A stretch of 63,145 nt of DNA, filler included, from Choristocarpus tenellus KU-1152 (Eukaryota; Protista; Phaeophyceae), in NCBI GenBank assembly GCA_964200185.2. It is 10 parts of 10 records of this genome, joined end to end, with 100 filler letters (N's around TTAATTAATTAA, not from the genome) between each part and the next. Parts side by side here need not be neighbours in the genome. Positions count along the whole stretch, not along the records: positions 29,670 to 33,506 come from CAXNAD020017646.1; positions 33,607 to 47,363 come from CAXNAD020001379.1; positions 47,464 to 56,168 come from CAXNAD020004427.1; 7 more parts are not named here. One strand, 5' to 3'. The notes beneath the pieces were generated by a model that saw nothing but the letters and a program-made list of their open reading frames with translations, was not told the origin of the DNA and ran no database searches. The position numbers were made by a program, and so were the translations under genes. This document shows, piece by piece, positions 33,078-47,500 of this stretch. The stretch's first letter is position 1, and each line of letters starts with the position of its first letter.

Positions 33078-33442
33078 TGGAAAGTGAGTAGGAGAGAGTA
33101 CCACAGATCGTGACTATCCCATGTAGTATTCTGACTGTCAAAATGTGGTTGTTGTTTTGTGTGTTGACACTTTGTGTGATATTGAAAGATATATATATAT
33201 ATATATATATATACATTTTTATTTTCTACTTTTGGTGAGGTACACACAAGAAGTAAGAGGTAGGAAGAAGCAATATAGGACAGAGAGCCAGTTGTCAGTA
33301 TAGTGTATCGAGTGATTAATTGTCAACGGCAAATCAAGAAATTAATTGCCAACGGACTGATGAAAGTGCAATTTAGGCAATGGTTGTCCTCAGAGACAAG
33401 TGAAGTTCACATCATTCTGAGCAGAGGATTAATAATATGCGC

Positions 33443-33506
33443 GGACCCAAAGTATCTAGCAGGGGGGGGGGGGGGCTGCACCAGGGGGGCCATTTGGACC
33501 ATAACC
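33443..33506. mobile_element. MITE family B-like end variant
   Basis: GGACCCAAAGTATCTAGCAGGGG...GCCATTTGGA, then spacer. Confidence 0.65.
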
Positions 33507-33656
33507 NNNNNNNNNNNNNNNNNNNNNNNNNNNNNNNNNNNNNNNNNNNNTTAATTAATTAANNNNNNNNNNNNNNNNNNNNNNNNNNNNNNNNNNNNNN
33601 NNNNNNAGGAGGGAAGGGGGTTTGTGGGGGGGGGGGGAGTGGGGCGGGGGGTTTTG

Positions 33657-33692
<36 letters not shown>

Positions 33693-33861
33693 AGAGGATG
33701 GGGCACAGGGTGGAAGAGGTTCAAGTGTTCATGGCATGACCAAGGAAGGAGGTAGATGGGGTGATTGAATCTAAGATTCTTGTAAAGCACACTGCGAGAT
33801 GGAGATTTTTCACGAGTGTAGTCAAGGATTTGACCTGAAGGCACAGGAGAGAGATTAACCG

Positions 33862-36800
33862 ACCTCCTTCAGTTGTACCACTTCAAGAGTTGCATGCCAG
33901 AGTACATAACCTCACGCATCATAAACAGGCTGAAACACTGCAATTCTTTTCAGGAATCATGTGGGGTATAATCACCATGCCATACGACAAGCAGCAAGAA
34001 AAAAAGCAGGAGACACACCCTCATCCAGACATCTTGAATTATTAAACCGCCCCAAACATGCACTCATCGAAACTGCACCCCTTTCCCCTGCGCGGGACTT
34101 CACCTATCCTCAGACCTCAACTCAGACAGAGATATCTTCAGCTCTGTCAACTGCCAACTGACAACAAGAACAAACTCACCGCTTTGTCCAAGTCCGTCTG
34201 CTTCTCTCTGAGCTGAGCTTCATACTGGGCTCCTGCAGTGTGTGCGTTAGAGAGTTCGCCACCCAAGCGGTCAACCTCACCTTGCAGTCTCAACTTCTCT
34301 GCCGCCAGAATCTCCACTCCCTCAGTGTTGTCCACCCCTGCCCCTTCACCTTTTCCAATCCCACCTTTGGCAAGTTCTTGGGCCTGTTGCTGACTCTGAG
34401 CCTGGAGATTCCTGTACCTCACAGCAACCTCTCTGAGCTTCATCATCAGTGAGTCAATCTCCTCCTGTTTCTTGTGTAACGTCTCCTTCAATACAGTCAC
34501 CTCGTTGCCATCTTCAGTAACCCCTTCTCCCACACCCATCCGGTCTTTGCTGTCTTGACCAGGCTGCTTTGACGTGGAATCGTTGCTCGAGCCCGAAGCC
34601 TCTTCCACCTGCTGCTTCAATGCCCGACAATGACCCACCAGCTGCCGCACCTTTCCCATTAGCTCCTCGTTTTTCTCTTGAGCCTCCTTTAGGCGATTCT
34701 CCATATCACTTTGCCCCCTGCCAGACTCTTCCTGGACCCCTCCACCACCTGCATCTCTGTCTCCATCGCCCCCGTTTCCCTTACCTGCTGCAGCAGCAGT
34801 TGCATCTGCAGCCTGTTGCTCCGCTTCCTCTTTGGCCAATGTTACTTCTCGAAGCTGTTCTTGGAGGGCAGCAATGGTGGCCCCAAAGTCAGCATTCTCC
34901 TGCCCACTACCCCCCTCACCCATCTCTAGACGACGCTGCTGATCCTGAACCTGCTCACGGAGGTCCTTTATGGAACCCTGGGCCTCACGGTACTTGCCCA
35001 GTAACTCCTGAGAGGGGAAATATATCCCAAAAGAGTGGTGGGGGGGGGGCATGAGGGGGAGGGGGGGGGGGGGTCGGGGGGGGGGGGGGGGGGGGAGTCG
35101 CTCCACTGTATGACCTCCAAAAGTGGCACACATGCAGGGGCACTTCACAGTAGAACTAGTCAGGAACAACAACCGGTTGTTGTGCACACTTACGCATGTT
35201 GGGTATAGTATTTCATGCAACCAGCCTTGCTCTCCTAGCAAAGGCAACAGGACAGGGAAAACACCCCAAACGATTGAGAACACTCTCAAGTCACTCCAGT
35301 GCACTGCAAGGGCTCCAGTGACTCTGATGGCGATTTGAAATGGCTGTTTCTCCATCATGGGTTTGCTTATGTGGGGGATGAGATCGTTCAAGCTAAACCA
35401 TAACCAAATGAATACTACGCACTCTGATGAAAATACGTCTAAGTAAGAGTTTAGACTTTGGAGCTTGCTAACATGGAGTGTGCAGACCCGAACGTCACCC
35501 TTACCCGCATCTTTTCCAAGAGCTGCGCATTTTCAGCGCTCTTGTTGTTTCCCTCCATAGCCCTGGATGATTCAAAGTATTTTCAAGAAGGAATGGGGTG
35601 GGGGTGGGGGTTAGTCAGCTGCCGACCCTGTGACATTAAAGAGGCCTGTCTGCTGGAAAGGGGGGAGCAGACTACTCAAAGGAGGCATCAACTGCGTCCT
35701 ACATGCAGTAATTTTGCCCAACTTGCAACAACACTGCATTATACCTTCGAAGCAGTCCTTACTTCGCAGTACTTCATAGCCTTTCATCCCACCAATGTGA
35801 CCTATGTTATACCAAAGTGGATGCACCATTCCAATCTCAGCAGAGTCAATACTATTTGTTTAGGAATTAAAAAAATACCGCACTCTGGAGCAGATCCAAC
35901 CACAACTACAAGTCCACAGCCATCATCATTAGGACCCACCGCCTTCCCATCAATGTAGGAATCCTCATCCATGGCACACGGATCCACCTTTCTGATACTC
36001 CGTTGCATACAAACCTCATTTCATTTCCGCAGTAACTGGCACTATACTCCAGATTCACAATTAATGTTCTCGCTCTCGACAACTGACCTGAGCTTCTCCT
36101 CTTGTTCTGTGTAGCGCTCAGTCATCTCTCTCATATTATCCTGTGCCAACTGTCGCTCTTCCACCAACCGTGCAATCTGCATTTGTACCTGACTCCCCTG
36201 CTGCTCCCCATCGGAGCGATTTTCTGTAGCAGAAGCAGCCTGCCCACACAACAATATACGTACATCATGAGTTTGGGTGTGTAGAGGCAGGAAGAGACGT
36301 ACAAGTCAGATATACTCGGAATTGAGACAGTGCGAGGGTCGGAAGGAAGCTCCTCCACAAGAAAAAAGCATCCTGAAACAAAGAAAGCATCCCAGGTAGA
36401 CAGGAAAAAAAGAACTACAGGTCAGGTTACAACAAGAAGAGAGTATCCATTCTGCCATTCACATGCTCAGCAGAACAGCTCAAAACCTTACCTGTGGAGT
36501 CATACTGACCTAAAACTATTTCAACTCTTGCACCTCAGACCAGGAGTGAGAGGAAGCACAATGTTCTGCCTATAATTATTGCAACACCTAAAATATGTGT
36601 GAATCAATAGTCCAAACAAGAGACTTTATGTAGTACAACAGTACATGGATCAATAGTGGATATTACCTTTCCAAGAGCCACCTCCAGCTCCTTGACTCTG
36701 TCCTGGTGCGCCTGCTGCAAGTCTGTGTATTCTTTGAAGGTTCCAATATACTGCCAGCAGTCAACAACCAATAGGACAAGGGGTTTGTCACATGGATGGA

Positions 36801-37891
36801 CAAGTGGTAAACTTATGTAGGTGCAAAATCAAGGCGGCGGAGGATATGGGGGCACATCAAATGGACTTTTTGAGCATGAGCTAGATATGTACCCTAGGAA
36901 AGTGACCAGTAAATGGAAGTACTTTCTAATCAAGTATGGAGTAGGTGTTGACGAGTTGGGTTGGAAATTAGAGTGTCACAAATCAGCATCAAGACAAACA
37001 TGCAGTGTCACTCACATGACACACAATGCTATTGTACTTTCTTTTCCATAATGGCAAGGCTTGGCACACTTTTGTTTTCCAATTAAGACACAAACTAGTT
37101 TCAAGTACCACATTCCTCTATAGGAATGTAGCATGTGCCACCACTATCGAATAAACTGTACATGACATGGACAGGAATGCACTCTCCCATAATATAGTAA
37201 CAATCTTGCCGTAGATATACAACTACAAGGCTACACCTTTTGTTTGAGCTTTCCGTACGAATCCTCGGCATTCTTGAGTCGAGAGGTCTGATGCTTTACT
37301 AGCTGCAAGAGCTCATCCTGGGTTGCCTCCTCAAGCCTTTTCTTTGGGGATGCCGAGATTGGACCTCCTGGCATCAGCGGCAGCGGGACATAGACTCAGC
37401 TCAAATTGAGGACAAACAGTTATGCACAACGGATGTCCGAAACGAGACAGTAAACGACCCTTGCATCACAATATGGCCAAATGTGGATGCAGGTCACGCA
37501 AAAAACCTTCATGGTAACTCTCAACGACAGTAGCCACCCCCAGGATGCATGGCCACTTAGAAAGACATCTTCAAAAAAAGGGGTATTTGTTTGGTCGAAG
37601 AATTGATCCGGTATTGCAACCCCACCAATGACGTAAAACTATTAATACCTATCTCCTAGCTAATCGTAAGTAGGTCCTCACCGAGATTGTTCTGCGAAGT
37701 ATTTCTAGACCTGGGCATGCAGGATGCACTAGCTTAGACCCACCTAAGTCACGAGTAGAATATTCATCCACCGTTACATCTCCGGTCTCATTTCTTTCAC
37801 CATTATCTTCTTCAGAGGGCACGAACGCCGAGGTTGCTTGGGTGGCTGCTCGCTCTACCCTGTCCTTAAAGCCTTTAGCCCAACCCTGCAT
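33862..37891 (-). CDS. Long coiled-coil protein, golgin (GCC2-like) N-terminal part
   Basis: Exons approx. 37891-37682, 37370-37236, 36750-36667, 36240-36087, 35560-35500, 35008-34180, 33900-33862; extensive E/Q/K heptads; LEEATQDELLQLVKHQTSRLK resembles the GCC2 N-terminal helix. 3' end not found. Confidence 0.6.
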
Positions 37892-38333
37892 GGCTTAGAC
37901 CTGAGCAGAGTCTCGATATCTTCTGCTTATCAGAATCATAAACAAGGTGAATTGAAAGGAAACTCTAGGGCCCGAGTACCACCCCAGGTGACCTCCTTGA
38001 TTACGAAAGGTCTGGGTGCGTGCAATGGGTGCCCTGCACGCCTTCAGAGCAGATGAAACTCTTGTCCAACACGTTCTCAGATGCAAGTACTATCGCTAGC
38101 TGGGCATCAGGTAGGAGAAACAACACACCCTGGATCTCTCTCGAGCAGGTGGGCTTTGACTTACTGGCAAGCAAAGGTATTGACCAACACTTAGCAGATG
38201 TTAATTTGTGTTTCCAGTTTCGGTAATAACCTTCTTCCATCGCGCGTACTCGCGCAATTATAATATGTACATTACTACCACAATCAAACTAAAACCCACA
38301 CACATCCACTATCAACTTCACATCTTCCAAACT

Positions 38334-39705
38334 ATGAATCGTGGGGATGTTCCTGCTCCTCACCGCCCCCCAGGGGCTGGGGAGGTACATCATGCTGAAG
38401 AGGAAGATGTTGTATTTGATACAACGTCGCTTGCATTCGTGAAGGATTGGGTGGATGGCGAAGGTGGGACGCTGGATGCACCACAAGAGGCTGAGCATCG
38501 GGATGAGTTACCACGACAACAGAGACGACTTGGCGTGGGCGCCGAAGTGAAGAAGATACCAAAGAAGGATCGGGTATGATTTTTTCGCAATACTTAAGTC
38601 TCATGATCAGAGTCAGTCCCCATCAGGACTCGCCCTCCAACTTCGGATTTGTCCCCTCTCCAACCTTCATATTTTTGCAACCCTTTCTCAGGAAGTTCCG
38701 ACGGCCCTGGAAAAGAAAATGACCCGCAAGCGTCGCCGGCGTCTGGAAGAGAGTGATTCGGCGCATGAGCTAACACTTCATGGTATAGAGGAGAGTGACG
38801 AGAATGGAGAGGGCGGCAGCAAGACTGCCTCCTTCAAGTCAACTCACGAGGGTGTAATAAAACCAAGCGGAAGCGTCAAGCCGACGGAGGCGACAGAGGT
38901 ATTCGATGGAATCCTGAATAAAGGCAGGAAACGTACTGATTGCAGCAAGCATGTTGATGTGACAGTAGAAAATGAGGAAGCTAAAGAAGCCCCAAAGGTT
39001 GTATCTGAAAAAGAACCTGGAGTTGAAGGAACCGAGGATTACGATGGTGCAGAAGCCGGAGAGCGCAAGAAGCGGAGGGGTTGGGGAAATCGACGCTCAG
39101 GGAAAAAGATAGTCGGTACAGAGAAAGATAACGGTTTGAGAGCCGACAAGTCTCCCAGTGATCACGGAAAAGAGCAAATTCCTGGGCGAGCAACTCAGGT
39201 AGGAGATGCAGTTCCCCAACCGGGGCAACCGAGCTGGAAACGCAAGAAGGTACGCTCTCGCCAAAAAAACATCAGGAAAGACAAGCGCAGTATGGAGCAG
39301 CGGCCAGCCCATCTTCGTCTTGGCGACCCTGGATTTAGTGGTCGTGACCTTACAGAGGAGACACGACAGCGCCTTGGCCTCAGTGTCGATGACAAAGCGA
39401 TGTCGCGAAGGCCTTCTGGAAGGTGTCAGGTACTATGTCAGCAAAAGTGCGACTGGAGATTAGACGCGACACCTTCAATCAATTTGAATCCACACAACAC
39501 TGCAGGAAAGGGGGGGGGTGTCAAGAGCTTGGATAAGCAGAACAACGTTTCCAAGGGATTGCTAGATGGGACAGGACGTAAACTCCAAGCTTCGGTAGGA
39601 TTGTCTGGTGCTAATGCTAGTCTAGAACAGGACTTTGCATCTGCTGGGGCTACAAAAAATTCTTCAATAAGGAAAAAGAGAAAATACAAAAACCTCAGAG
39701 GTTAA
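38334..39705 (+). CDS. Lys/Arg-rich predicted nuclear/nucleolar protein, 2 exons, 417 aa
   Basis: Exons 38334-38573 and 38692-39705 join in frame over a GT-AG intron; RRLGVGA, KRKKVRSRQKNIRKDKR and several NLS-like tracts. Confidence 0.8.
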
Positions 39706-42049
39706 GAGGAGGCAAGAACAAACTGAGCATGACTGTTTCTCAAGATATGGTACCTCTACTCTAGGCGTCCATTGCTTCTTGCATCTGTAATGTCATGGAT
39801 TGGATTGAGCTGTCCCACCTACTCATTTAGCATTTGTGCTTGCTGTAGTTTCACTCAACTAACTCTTCCTATGGTGCATGACCCTTGATGTATTGTGTGC
39901 TCTGTGTCAGCATTTGAGTTTTTGGAATGTAGAAAAAAATGTATTTTTCATTCAAAGCTAAATCTGCACAGTAATGAGACAGGAAACTGTGAAAAATTGT
40001 AACGTTCTTTACAACATTATGAAGGACATTGATTTGTGGGTTTTGATCAAGCACTCAAGTCCTGGCAAAGATGGTTGTCTTGGTTCCTTGCTTTAAAGCA
40101 AGATAAAAATCGTGTCAAACTCGTTCTGTGTTCAGCATATGCTGCCACACCACTTCGCCACTTTTATGGATCTTGCCCTCATTCCAGGCTAGTACCTGTC
40201 TTTATTGAGTATTTATCCAATCCTTTGGAACATGCTGCAAAGCACCATCCTACCTTGCTCCATGCAGGCCTTTTTTTTTGTGCACCTTTATGTATCACAA
40301 TCAAGCATACTTTCTTCACCGTATACTCCTATCCACATACGTACCAATGCTTTCCTCACGACAAAGACTGACTAGTGCTGGCGCTTTAATTTGATCTCTA
40401 CTACAAGCTATACTGTACCTAATGAAAGTCAGCTACTACACATATATCCCCTTAAACCTTTAGGGTTAGGGCTTAGGTGCTCTACAGCATACGTTGCAAC
40501 CAGTAAACTTGTGGGCAAGCATGTACCAGTGTGCCCCACACTAGGCATCCTCACGTACAAACTACCACCTATAATTCTCCAAAGGGTGTGCTTTGCACAA
40601 TGAAGCACGAATAAATCAGATTTTGTGTACCACAAAAGATTCAGAATTTTCAACAGCTCAAAAGGTTGCGTTTTCTGTCCTACCTTTTTGGCAGGTGTTT
40701 TTTTCAGTGTTTGAAAGATGGAGTCAAAAGCTCACAATGGCCAGGCAATTCGTCTGATTCGACCATTAAAACGTGGAGCAAATATTTTAATAGTGAGGCA
40801 CCAAATGCAATGAGGGCTTTGAGAATGTGTTGCAGCTCCAGTAGTACAGCGAGAGATGGGTGGAAGAGGCAAAAAGGCTGTGACTCTTAGACCCACCCTG
40901 TTGTTATAATGGAGTTGTGCATCTTCTCAGAGGTTATTAGGGTAGAAGTGAAGTACAAGTTGAAGGTTTTGCATCGATGAGGCAACAACACATTCTTTTT
41001 TTTTGCCTGCATTTGTCACTTGCTGTCAACCCAAATACTTAGTCCTAAGAACATAGATTTATTCCCAAGTGCTGTTCCTATGCCAAATGTATTTATGTAT
41101 ATATATTCAAATGCTTGTGCACACCATATTGTTGCATTTGTAGTGTAACACTGTCTAGTGATGGACGATATGCCTATCCTGTGTGCATAGATTATAGGCA
41201 CACTTGTCAAGATTTCACTTGTACTAACTATTGTTGCACTTCATAAATGCGACTGTGTGTTGAACCTTGTCCTGAGCTTGTTTCAGGGTGATGTAGGACA
41301 GTGTAGTCCATTGTCGTTAGAGCATACATAAGTGGGTCATAAGATTGATTATGAAATAGTTGTATACTTACCTATTTGTGACTATCCGAATGTATCTAGG
41401 TGCAGTCCATCCTCTCACTGACCACTATCCTTTGTGCCCTCCTTCCCTGGTGATTGATCAGCAGGAGAACCAATCAAATGACCTTGGAGAGAGCAAGTAG
41501 CAGTGATTCTTCAGCAAATATCCGTGACAGTGCTGCACCGGGCGGTGTGATGCTTCCTCAATTCTGAGTAACAGCCAAGCTTCGCAATCAATGTGATTAT
41601 CTCGTACAGGTTCACCAGTCACTTGAAAGGTTCACCTTGGCGAACCAAGGATTCAAATCTTACACACAAATGCCCCAAACGTCCAACGCCATACCTCTAA
41701 TTAGAAAAACAGAACAGGACAGCACAAAAATGATGGTGGGTTTTCCTGTTTTGTCTGGTCAACATGTCTTAAAGATCTTCTACTACAACCTCATAGTTGT
41801 CCTCCCAAAATTAAGGCTGAGCCACGCAGAAACACCCAATGCATGCAGGGTGAAGGGTGAACACGGGGAGATTTCAGCACACACTTGAAGTACAATAATC
41901 ACTGCAATAGAATATCTAGAGAACTGTGTGTCCTAATCAACTGGATATATGTACAGTGCTCCCACTAACAACTTAAATCTTCTCATCACAAAGAACAAAA
42001 CTTGGATGCGCTTTTTACTTGACATCAGGTGCCCCTGTCACCCTGACAG

Positions 42050-44334
42050 TCAAAAGAGGAAGCTGAACTCCTCCTTTATCACCCTCTTGGCATCAGGAAT
42101 AGGACACGTCCCATGAGTTGGGAGCACCAAATCGAAGTCCCAACCAAGCACCCGTGAGATAGCTGATTGACAACGCTGGCGATCCCACAAAAACATCTTA
42201 GTGGAACATGACGGCTTCAAAATGAAAAGGGCAACACAAACAGTGGCAGTGGGGTGTAATGGGAGAGGGGGGAGGGGCTGAAATGGACATGTTGCAGTGG
42301 TCCGAAAAAAACCCAACTGCAACGGTTGTTTGGCAGTCCAGACATAATCCTTATTTGCCCTTCTTCTGTCACTCCAAAGAATCCCTACCCTGTGCAGTGC
42401 GTGGCTCTTGTTGGGCACAGTAAGAGAGTCAAATTATCTTAATATATAGACTGCCAGAGCAAGGGAGCAGCAGCCCCTTTCTGCGCAGCGCATGTATACT
42501 CTGGTTATCTCGAGAGCGGTAAAAACTAGATGCTCTATCCCGTACGCTCATCTAGTCAATGAATAACGAGAACATAGTTCATCCACGTGGTGCACACTGT
42601 GTGAAAAATGTGTCGAAAATAATCCAAAACGCGTTAAAAAACGGTTTCACACGTGAAGCATACCGTGTACATACCAATCTCACCCTTCCAAATGTTCCCA
42701 ACGCCTGCAAGATCATCCGTGACACAGGACTGAGGATGTTTTTGTCCGTTATGTGATTGAAGGAGTCCATTGTAAAAACGGTTTGCGTCGGGCGGTGAAG
42801 CAAGAAGCACTCTCGGAACACCTTAGAGCCCTCTAACAAAGCCAAGTCGAGATCCCTTCGCCACTCCTCTGGGAACCCCTTTTTGTGCAATATTAACAAG
42901 AGGGGGAAGAGGAGGGGGTCACACAAGCCAATCTTAGATCATCAACACGTAGGACATGCATCATTCCAACATTTTCATTGCATGTCTCATAGGAATTGGT
43001 GATATAGATAATGTTAATGAGGGAAGTATGACGGAGTGTTTTGTGTACTTAATATAAATATAACTCATACCTTCCATTGTACCGAATAAGTCTTTGGTAT
43101 GGATCCTTATAGAACAGAACACATACAATTCACCGTGCCTCCATGTGACCATTCAATCAACAGACACAAGCAGATTAGGACCAACTTCCCCATCTAAGCC
43201 CCTACAAACGCTCAGGTGCACAGCATTGTTGTAAGGGAAAGGGGTCGAGATAGAGTCCTGACAGCCATGGTCACTCGTTCTTGCCTCTACGGTTAAATCT
43301 TCTCTTCGTAACGCTCCCTCCAATTCAACTCCCTCCAAGCCCCAGAAGGTTGCCTCAGGAAAGCGATTTGTCCACCCACTCACATACACTAGGTGCTCAA
43401 AGGAGTTGGTAGGTATCACCACATGGTCTGCTTACGATACATGAGCGCAAACGGCAAAAATGTTTGACCCTAGCTTCGATGATGAGGCATTGACTGCAAA
43501 TTGAGTACACGAAGTTTATATACACACAAAATGAAAACTTTTCCTTTAATATTACCCAAGTTCAACCTTTTGCATTGTCACTGACAATGCCTTGAATATG
43601 CGTTGTATATCAACGCTATGGTTACGTGAGGACAAGACGACCCCCGCTTCTCAATTCACATTCATATCATAGGAGTGAGCAAAGAGCAAGAGAATATGCG
43701 TCGAACCTAACATAGCTCAATCACAGGGGAAATGCCAGCACCTGGAAGGTCCAAGGGCGTACCACATCGCAACTCACCTGGCTGCCCTATTTCGTCAATC
43801 ACCGCCTGCAGTGTCTCTTCTGTAGGGGAAATTGGGTTATAGACAAGGACTGAGCCTTCTGTCAACTTGTAAACTGCCATCCTGACGAAAGTCCTAACAA
43901 ATGGTCTCACCTCATGTGGCTGATTACCGTATCATGGGGCGGAAATGTAGAATTAGAAGGGAGAGAGAAGAGTGATGTCACACCGCAATGAAACACTTGA
44001 GTCAGTCCTTGACAGGTGCTGCCTTGGCGACATTATTTCGTCCTACAGTAGACCTTGAAAAAAAATCAAGTGTGAATAAATATATCACCTGTTCAAAGAG
44101 CCAGAGTCCCTTGCTCGGTTTAGACTCGGGCCTAAGGAGTATAGGACGGATTGCAGGTTCAAACAAAGTCTTGTATTCTTGGCTGAGCACACGATCTGTC
44201 GTAGTCCCGGGTTTTGTCAACATGACAGTCCCGACCCTGCCCATGCCATGTCTCCAGGAAAAAGCATCTTGAAAGACGAGGGCAAATACAACTATCAGCC
44301 ATCGGTTACAACGATAGTTTCTTCGTTCCACCAT
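42050..44334 (-). CDS. DUF4336-family (metallo-beta-lactamase-like fold) protein, 296 aa, probable plastid presequence
   Basis: Exons 44334-44089, 43919-43778, 43427-43285, 42878-42684, 42214-42050 give an intact frame; motifs WLFEQ, RMAVYKL, VYNPISPT, PTNSFEH, ECFLLHRPTQT, WDFDLVLPTHG. Confidence 0.88.
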
Positions 44335-44594
44335 GACTGCAGCGTCTACTATCCGATTCTTCAGATGTGGGTCCTGGTAGAAAATCTTGTCCACCAAAGT
44401 GTGCTGTCAAACGACAACGTGGTTGTCATACTTATTCAAAGGAGTTACATGTGATGTGGTGTTTGAGAGTGGAAAAATGTTTTTAATTTCTTTGTTGGTT
44501 GAGGTACGCAAATATAACATGCCACAATTTGAATTATTACTAGAGGTAGGTATGGATTGACACAGATCTCACACCCTCAAGAACCTTGACACAG

Positions 44595-47500
44595 ATGATG
44601 AGCAGGGTACAAGAGTTAGAATTTGAAGGTGATGTCCAATTCGCTGAGAATCTCTTGGATTTTCTATGGGACCTGTTGGTTGAAGCTGACAACAGAACGC
44701 GAGATCTCAGTGTGGATGACGTCAAAGGTATCCGACAATAAAGTGGATTTTGGAGATGGAGAGGTTAACCTACAGTGTCGACTTTAATCTCTATGTTATA
44801 GCGTATCTTTATTTTGAAATGTTAGTCTCGAGGCTGAGGAACTGATTCCATGGGTTCGTTCATCAAGGAAAGAGAAGACCAAAAACAGGAACCCACCTAG
44901 ATGTACTTTCTCGTTTTTATAGGATCACCAAATCAGGGACTAACACAAAGCTCCTCTATTTCTACGGTATTGCTTCGATCATCTGGTAGTATACCTGGTC
45001 CAGGCATAGAAAGTAGGTGGGTACAATCTTGTCTTCCTATGGAAGTAGTAGGCATATGACTCTGTCTACTGGATATTTCTCTACAACTAAATAGGGTGTT
45101 GTGGTCGTCTGAGGTTACTGTGTTGAGTGAAACCGAACAAGGTTGTGGGTTGAGTTAAATTTCCCGGCTGGATTCCACGAAGTGCCGATAGAGGCACCAC
45201 ACTTACGTATTCAGTAGTGAGCATGTGACATGTGTGAACTATCCTCAACTGTTGTATTTTGGATACCTTTTCTCCGCCCCCCCTTGCAATCCACACCGAC
45301 GCCAGTGGCGATCACAGGGTGCGTCTGTGCCATTGGACAGGCACTGAACAGGGTTGCGTATTTCCTCCCTGAAGATGAAGAGACAAAACGGCAGTACGCT
45401 CGGAACTTCCTTTTGGTCGAGGTACTGAACAGTGTCCAGATGGACCAAAGGGAAGCTGCAAAAATCAGGTTGGTGCCAAGTCAGTTACGCCGTGTTTCCT
45501 CTCGCAATTCTATGAGTTGCAGTTCAAAGTTTGTACAGATAATATAATTATTGAGTTTTTCGCTCGATGTAGGGCACTCTTTATGTTTTCCGACCCAGAC
45601 CTTACACCCCCGTCATTGGATTTGTTTTTTACCTTGAGGTGTTCCATGCGTAATATTTATTAATATCATATAGTGCATTTATATAATGATCGCCACACCA
45701 GAAGTGTATTGGGTCGATATCCGTGCTATGACTTGGTCACGAGAATATTACACTGCTTGTGACGATGTTCTACGTAACCGTACCCAACGAGGGGCCAAGT
45801 GGTATCCACTATCATTGTTAGATACCTTCGCTCAGTTATGTAAAACCGACAATGCAATGGCAGTGACACCAACAAAGCAACATGGCAACCACTCTAGTCT
45901 GAGAGCGTACACTCCTTTATCCTTCCCATTGAAGTGACTATACCGATAGCCATGCGGCTGCCGATCGTAGATATGTTTTCTGTAGCACCACATATGATAA
46001 GTACCAAATTGTGTCACTGTAGCACACTAAGACGAAGTAGTGGAATGTGCATCCTCTGGCCTTTGCCGACGATAATCCAGCTGCGTACAAGTATATCCCC
46101 CCCATCCTCTCAATCCGCATCTGTAAGCGCAATCCAATATCTACCACTGTCCACATGTCGATTTCATGTGTTTTCTTCCCCCAGTCCCCAACCCTGCCTG
46201 GTCTTTGATACTTTGGAGTGGGGCAGTGGTAATGGCGCCAGTGAAGACACTAATGGTGATATTTTTCTTACAGGGATGGAAGCTGCTCTGTCCCCAGAGA
46301 ATCTAAGGATAGTGGGGGAGGAGCTTGCGACTTCAGGACTGAGGTGTACAGAGCAGGTGCAGGACACAATGTGGAAACCATAACTAACACACACGCAATG
46401 CTGTTTTTGTAATATATTTGGGAGTAGGCTGACAGATTTGTTTGATCAGCATATCTTTTTTCTGCGCATGTGCATAGGGTGGACTTGGACCTGCTTGACA
46501 TGCCTGTTCGTTGATACGCTTCTGCTTCTCACAATTCTCCTGCATTGTGTGAATCATTTAAGATGCGGCAGAGTCGGGATGCTGAGTCCACGGTCACGAT
46601 TTGGACATGAGAACACTGTCGTATCTTTCACGCCTCCTATCCACGTGTTATTTCAAGAGTTGGTTCTTGCACACTGGAGCTGACATCTCAAACCACTTCC
46701 TTCCACCTTGCCTTGTTTGGCTATGTCTCCAAATCTCTACGAAATCTCTATGCCCCATCTCAGGACCTTGTCGATACACTGGGGTGGGTGAAAACGGGCC
46801 TGATGGACTTGCAGACCACCCTCCTTGACCTAGATGAAGATGACCTCCAAGAGTTGGCTCAGGTGAGGCTTAGCTGTTTTGATTGAAAGTAGCTTGCAAT
46901 GTGGAACACATCTGCACTCAAGTGACTTTTATACGTCTTGTACTTTTTTTTTTCTCTGCTGTCCCAGCATGTACCTTTCAACCCGTTTTTTTTAGCTCGT
47001 TATGTTGTTTCAGCCCCCCCCCCCCAAACCGAAAAGGTGAAAAGGTGAAAAGGTTTCCTAACCACAGGCATGTTTTGTCTCTCTCCTGGGCAGTACTTCT
47101 CTCTCCTATGTAAGGTTTAGAACGAGTTGGGCAGTCTCAGGGACTGTGTCTCTCACAAGAACATGGGGTTGCCATAGCTTCCCCTGTATAGCCTGTGGCA
47201 TACTGCAATAGACTTTGTCTTCATTCATCCACTCAAGTGGACATTCTGAATGACAATTCTAGGTCACGGTTTCTTCCACCAGGAAGTATTGCCCCCTAGA
47301 TCCCTTTTTAGTTTTTTTTTTAACAATGACAAGATCTATGGACTGGTCAAGACAGTCACACTGNNNNNNNNNNNNNNNNNNNNNNNNNNNNNNNNNNNNN
47401 NNNNNNNTTAATTAATTAANNNNNNNNNNNNNNNNNNNNNNNNNNNNNNNNNNNNNNNNNNNNGGTTGGGGAAGGGAGCTCACCGATTGCCTAGGAGCTT

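Noticed and set aside
15954-37891. USO1-like and golgin-like genes as a functional Golgi cluster
   Set aside because: Both assignments are tentative and four artificial spacers lie between them.
43908-43922. Apparent GAG splice acceptor in the DUF4336 gene
   Set aside because: An in-frame canonical CAG lies 9 nt upstream (43922-43920).
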